Below are positions 60,435 through 64,000 of a stretch of DNA of 64,000 nt, piece after piece (the stretch's first letter is position 1; every line of letters starts with the position of its first letter). A program made the position numbers and the translations under genes. Origin of the DNA: Candidatus Binatia bacterium (GTDB taxonomy: Bacteria; Desulfobacterota; Binatia; HRBIN30). Under the pieces are notes generated by a model that worked only from the letters and a program-made list of their open reading frames with translations, did not search any database and was not told the DNA's origin. The stretch spans positions 1,091 through 65,090 of the forward strand of contig JBEKBJ010000002.1 in NCBI GenBank assembly GCA_050015455.1, written 5' to 3'.

Positions 60435-60716
60435 TCACCGTTCCCGAGTGCGTTGCGCGTCGGCGCCAACAGGTTTTTCCGATCGCACCGCACGGCGCGT
60501 TAGCGCCTCTTCAACAGATCTCGGATCTTCACGCCACGCCGACTCTAGCCGGCACCACAGCGCTTCCTGTTTGTGCGTTAGTCCCTCCGGACCGCTGCAC
60601 GTTAGCAACCCGTCGACAATTCTGGCTCGGATTCCGCAGTCAAACACGTCCCGCACGATGGCGTTAATCTCGGATTCTTCCATGGGCACGTAAGCGGGGG
60701 GCGTCGCCATCACTCG
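60435..60716 (-). CDS. hypothetical protein (92 aa)
   Basis: ATG overlaps the stop of the upstream 53-aa ORF (TGATGG). No family recognised. Confidence 0.3.
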   Translation of the reverse strand, partial: RVMATPPAYVPMEESEINAIVRDVFDCGIRARIVDGLLTCSGPEGLTHKQEALWCRLESAWREDPRSVEEALTRRAVRSEKPVGADAQRTRER

Positions 60717-60875
60717 CGTGCCGCTTCGCGTCTATCCCGGTCTTCGAGTAGCGAGCTTAGGGTCTGCAACATCTCATAGACGCACCCCGCAAGTTCTTTC
60801 ACCGCCGGATCTTGCGTCCGTGTAGTCAGCCCGATGACCTTGCGCTCAATTTTCCTAAGATCCGTGTGCATACGC
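60714..60875 (-). CDS. hypothetical small protein (53 aa; below the ORF-track cutoff)
   Basis: Manual translation MHTDLRKIERKVIGLTTRTQDPAVKELAGCVYEMLQTLSSLLEDRDRREAARE*, coupled to the following ORF. Confidence 0.3.
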
Positions 60876-61291
60876 GATCCCTCTTCCAAATCGACCGGAC
60901 GCTATCACGCAACAGTCGGTCCAGGCAAGTGTATGGTTAGCCTTATTAGCCTGATTAGCCTGGCAGAGACGGTTAAGGTTGAACCCGCCGGTGTTTTCAA
61001 TTAGTCGTGGCAAGATCGCCGCAAGGGGAGTTGCGGCGGAAGATCCGCGCTATGTCAGACGCGGCGGATCTGACACGGCTCCGCGCCGGCGCCTCAGAGA
61101 TCCGAGGATTGATTCAAGTGGAAGGGCTACGAGTTTCGACACGAGATCAGCCGCGCTCGCAACGCTCAGCCCGCTTGCCGCCGATGCGGCCAAGCCCACT
61201 AGATCCGAGGATTCAGGGGTCAGCTTGCGAATGCCGGGCCCGCTTGCTGGCCGGAGCTGAGCGGCGGTCGCCTCCAGTTCGCGTACTAGCT

Positions 61292-63322
61292 TCAGCCGCC
61301 GCCTGACCGACGTACGCTTATCAACGGGACACTGGAGTTGTCGCAGAACTGACCCACCGGAGCGCAAGGGGGCTGCCAACATCCATTCAACGCGTTGTCC
61401 ACTGCGGTGAGAATCTCATCCACCGTGATCTGGCCGTCGCCGTTGGCATCACCCGCCTGACACGCGGCCATCGGCGCGTTTCCGAGGGCCATATTCACCA
61501 TAGTCAGAATATCATCGACCGTGACCTGACCGTCGCCGCTACAGTCGCCCACGCACACGAGCGGCAGAAGGGAGACGACGACAAAACCGTCGGAGCCCAC
61601 CGTGTTGGAGAGCTGCACACCCTGCGGGCTGTACGCGGCAGCATTGCCAATTGACAGGCGATACGTACCTGGCAACGCGGAAGGGGCAACGCTGAAGATG
61701 CAGGTGTACAGGGTTCCGTCCGGCATGGGGCTGGTGTTCTGAGCGGACTGAACGAAGAATCGCAAGGTTTTTGTGGATACATCGTCCTGCACAACACTCG
61801 CGACAAGCAACTTGCCGATCGCCGGGTTGACTTGGCAGTCGGAGGGATCGAGGCCGAGGATGCCAGGGTCAAAGCTAATGTCGTTGCCGGTGGCCGCGAC
61901 GCTCGTCCCGGACGACCTGAGCGACACCGCCACCGTGACCGTGTCTCCCGGCAAGCCGTTGGCCGATCCAATATCCATATGCACAATGCGAGGCGTTGGG
62001 GTTAGTGTCGGGGTGGGGGTTCGCGTCGGCGTCTGGGTGGCCGTTGGCGTCACCGTAGCCGTTCGCGTCACAGTTGGCGTCGGCGTGATCGTGCGGGTTG
62101 GCGTGATCGTGCGGGTTGCTGTCGGAGTGTCGACCACGCAAAGTAGTGTGCTCTCGCACGTGGCGCCGTAGAGCACAGTGCAGTCCCCGCACGAACCGTT
62201 GATTGGGGCAGCGCAGCTTGTCGGACACTGACAGCAGTCTGAAGCTCCGGCTGGAGGTCCGGGCGAATTAAACTCATAGGCGCCGATCGAACAACTGGTT
62301 GCGCCAGTACCGGGCCGGATGTACCCGCGCTGGTCGAGGTTGTTCACGGGCGGTGCGGCGCAAATTGTCTCATCACCAGCGTCGATTGCCGGGCTGCCGG
62401 CTTGGAGGGCAATGGTTTGGGTCGGTCCGCCGTTGTTTGCTAAACCCGCTGGGTCAAGCATCGGGTTGGTCGCAGGACCAACACCACACGTCCCATCCGA
62501 GTCCAGGTTATGGCCGCCATCAGTAACGCCGCCGGTGCCGGCGCAATTGCCGCCCGCGGCGCTATTGGCGACGATAGTGTTCGTGACCGTCAGCGGGGTT
62601 TTGCTGTTGTAGATGCCGCCGCCGTAGTCGCCCGCGCTATTGTCGGAGAAGGTGCTGTTGGTGACCGTCACCGTGCCGTCGTTGAGGACGGCGACCTCGC
62701 TGAAGATGCCGCCGCCGAGGGTCGCCGCGCTATTACCGGAGAAGGTGCTGTTGGTGATGGTGACCGTGCCGCTCTCGTTTCCGATGCCGCCGCCGCCGTA
62801 GTTGTAGTTGCCGTGTGTGCTATTGCCGGAGAAGGTGCTGTTGGTGACCGTCAGCGTGCCGTAGTAGTTGTAGATGCCGCCGCCGACTACGGCGCTATTA
62901 CCGGAGAAGGTGCTGTTGGTGATGGTGACCGCGCCCGAGTAGTTGAAGATGCCGCCGCCGCCTTCGCCGCTGGTCCCGTTTGCGATGGTCAGGTTCCGGA
63001 CCGTGAACGTGACGCCAGTGCTCACGGAGAAGACGCCCACGCTGTTCCCGCCGCTGATCGTGATCAGACTCCCACCGTCAATGGTGGTGTCGGCGCTGAT
63101 GTACTTCGTGCTGGTGACGGTAATCGTGGCGGCGCCCCCGCAGTTGAACGTGAGGTCGCCGCCGCCCGCAAGGGCCGCGTCCAACGCGGCTTCGGTGCAG
63201 CTGCCAGGGGTGCCGGTCCCGACGACGGCGTCACCGCGCGCGGGTCGGGGCGACCATGCAACGAACGCCACCACCGCGAACGTCGCGGCAATGCCGGCCC
63301 ATTGTGGCACGTGTGGGGTCAT
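61292..63322 (-). CDS. secreted beta-helix surface protein with Thr/Pro linker, cohesin-like domain and two C-terminal dockerin-like repeats
   Basis: Signal peptide MTPHVPQWAGIAATFAVVAFVAWSPRPARG. CTEAALDAALAGGG...[11 protein letters not shown] start. NSTFSGNSA Pmp-type repeats. TPTxT linker. Cohesin-like segment (IVHMDIGSANGLPGDTVTVAVSLRSSG...TLYTCIFSVAPSALPGTYRLSIGNA). Repeats GDCSGDGQVTVDDILTMVNMALG and GDANGDGQITVDEILTAVDNALNGC. Confidence 0.85.
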   Translation of the reverse strand: MTPHVPQWAGIAATFAVVAFVAWSPRPARGDAVVGTGTPGSCTEAALDAALAGGGDLTFNCGGAATITVTSTKYISADTTIDGGSLITISGGNSVGVFSVSTGVTFTVRNLTIANGTSGEGGGGIFNYSGAVTITNSTFSGNSAVVGGGIYNYYGTLTVTNSTFSGNSTHGNYNYGGGGIGNESGTVTITNSTFSGNSAATLGGGIFSEVAVLNDGTVTVTNSTFSDNSAGDYGGGIYNSKTPLTVTNTIVANSAAGGNCAGTGGVTDGGHNLDSDGTCGVGPATNPMLDPAGLANNGGPTQTIALQAGSPAIDAGDETICAAPPVNNLDQRGYIRPGTGATSCSIGAYEFNSPGPPAGASDCCQCPTSCAAPINGSCGDCTVLYGATCESTLLCVVDTPTATRTITPTRTITPTPTVTRTATVTPTATQTPTRTPTPTLTPTPRIVHMDIGSANGLPGDTVTVAVSLRSSGTSVAATGNDISFDPGILGLDPSDCQVNPAIGKLLVASVVQDDVSTKTLRFFVQSAQNTSPMPDGTLYTCIFSVAPSALPGTYRLSIGNAAAYSPQGVQLSNTVGSDGFVVVSLLPLVCVGDCSGDGQVTVDDILTMVNMALGNAPMAACQAGDANGDGQITVDEILTAVDNALNGCWQPPCAPVGQFCDNSSVPLISVRRSGGG

Positions 63323-63472
63323 GGAAAACGTGTTCAGCCGGCGAAGTTTGCAACGCCTGGTAGGTGTCAGTCAAGGGACAAGGCCCCCCACTCATGCGAA
63401 ACAACGGCGCCGGCGCCGAGGCCCCACCGCTCCTGAGGTGTCCCGCGAAACGCGGGACGACATCACACACAA

Positions 63473-63506
63473 CATTGAACCAACGGCACCGGTGTTGGTA
63501 TAAGTC
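63473..63506 (+). promoter_or_regulatory. candidate sigma70-type promoter
   Basis: TTGAAC, 18-nt spacer, TATAAG, located ~30 nt upstream of the Shine-Dalgarno of the 63533 ORF. Confidence 0.35.
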
Positions 63507-63532
63507 GGTTGACGGCGAAAGGAGCACGAGAG

Positions 63533-63682
63533 ATGGCAACCAAGAGCACAGGGCAAAAGAACCCCCCGCGGCCCCCGCGTCAGCAGAGTGACCGCGGTTA
63601 CATCAAGCAGCAGAGCGGGGGTGGTGACATCAAAATACGTGAGCCTAAAGGCAAAGGAATCGGTAAGCTCAAAGTGGCCTAA
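63533..63682 (+). CDS. hypothetical small basic protein (49 aa)
   Basis: MATKSTGQKNPPRPPRQQSDRGYIKQQSGGGDIKIREPKGKGIGKLKVA*. AAAGGAG Shine-Dalgarno 7 nt upstream, candidate promoter, and an intrinsic terminator downstream. Confidence 0.45.
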   Translation: MATKSTGQKNPPRPPRQQSDRGYIKQQSGGGDIKIREPKGKGIGKLKVA

Positions 63683-63693
63683 CCAAGAAGAAA

Positions 63694-63746
63694 GGCCTCG
63701 ACCGCCGCAAAGCGACCGAGGCCTAGGGCGCACCGCGCCCCTTTTC
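63694..63746 (+). terminator. tandem hairpins; the second is an intrinsic terminator
   Basis: GGCCTCG-n16-CGAGGCC followed by GGGCGcaccGCGCCC and CTTTT. Confidence 0.5.
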
Positions 63747-63954
63747 ACGTACCGTCCCCTGCCTGAAAAACCCGCTGCACCTCGAGGAGACCAACCGCAC
63801 GGCCAAAGCCTCGACCATTGACCACGCGCTCGCCATCGCCCGAGCGCGCGACGAGATCGCACGCCACTTTAAACCAACCGGCTCCGGCGAGCCGCGCGGA
63901 GAAAAGAAAAGCTACCGGTGCGCCGGCGCCCCGTTCTGTCTATAATCAATCAGC

Positions 63955-64000
63955 ATGAAACGACACGACTGTGACTGTCGAGGGGGCGTGGTTGAGCAGA
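63955..64000 (+). CDS. start of an unidentified ORF (MKRHDCDCRGGVVEQ...), truncated by the window edge
   Basis: ATG at 63955 with an open frame to the window end. Only 15 codons visible. Confidence 0.25.
   Translation, partial: MKRHDCDCRGGVVEQ

Overview
This is a high-GC (about 65-70%) bacterial chromosomal window with no rRNA, tRNA or CRISPR arrays detected. It splits into a housekeeping/core region and a repeat-rich accessory region.

Core region (1-23.5 kb), mostly on the minus strand:
- miaA (5' part) and mutL, overlapping by 4 nt, then pgi, a GH116 glycosidase, a ThiO-like FAD oxidase and a PHP phosphoesterase.
- A radical-SAM / histidine-phosphatase / HD-hydrolase trio.
- A 7-heme membrane cytochrome c translationally coupled to the first of two paralogous 861-aa PEP-utilising (PpsA/RPH-like) phosphotransferases. 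The two paralogues flank a CheY-like receiver and a Cache-type histidine kinase.
- A TauE/SafE exporter.

Accessory region (23.7-44.4 kb), full of gene remnants and repeats:
- Dockerin-repeat gene fragments, a serine-recombinase fragment, a tyrosine-integrase N-terminal fragment, and two families of dispersed direct repeats (42 nt and 68 nt).
- What looks like a previously undescribed secreted-protein system, all on the minus strand: a GH108 muramidase, a 1690-aa SBBP beta-propeller giant, a 1363-aa S53 sedolisin giant and a DUF1566 protein.
- The two giants have different heads but share a CSLREA/Pmp-type beta-helix, Thr/Pro linkers encoded by perfect tandem repeats, and a novel tandemly duplicated 8-Cys C-terminal module that is near-identical at the DNA level between the two genes. 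A diverged copy of this module also forms the N-terminus of the DUF1566 protein.
- Further members of the beta-helix family carry dockerin-like repeats, including a 676-aa protein at 61.3-63.3 kb with a cohesin-like domain plus two dockerin-like repeats, and truncated fragments.
- A 1.3-kb non-coding region upstream of the system holds three copies of an ~82-bp tandem repeat.
- A secreted protein is built from ~20 copies of a 21-nt/7-aa PQ-rich repeat.

Remainder (44.4-64 kb):
- DoxX, an outer-membrane barrel, a 7TM multi-PAS hybrid histidine kinase, an Hpt protein, a receiver and a receiver-kinase fusion.
- ArsR and ArsM followed by two tandem paralogous Cys-rich (DUF2284-like) proteins.
- A degraded second copy of the doxX 5' end, a dynamin-like GTPase, a possibly truncated folK, and BrnT/BrnA.
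- A small protein overlapping an HNH nuclease, two small overlapping ORFs, and a promoter/SD/terminator-equipped 49-aa basic protein gene.

ORF-track M residues are sometimes alternative start codons (TTG/GTG); I re-picked several starts. My line-based coordinates can be off by 1-2 nt relative to the ORF track.
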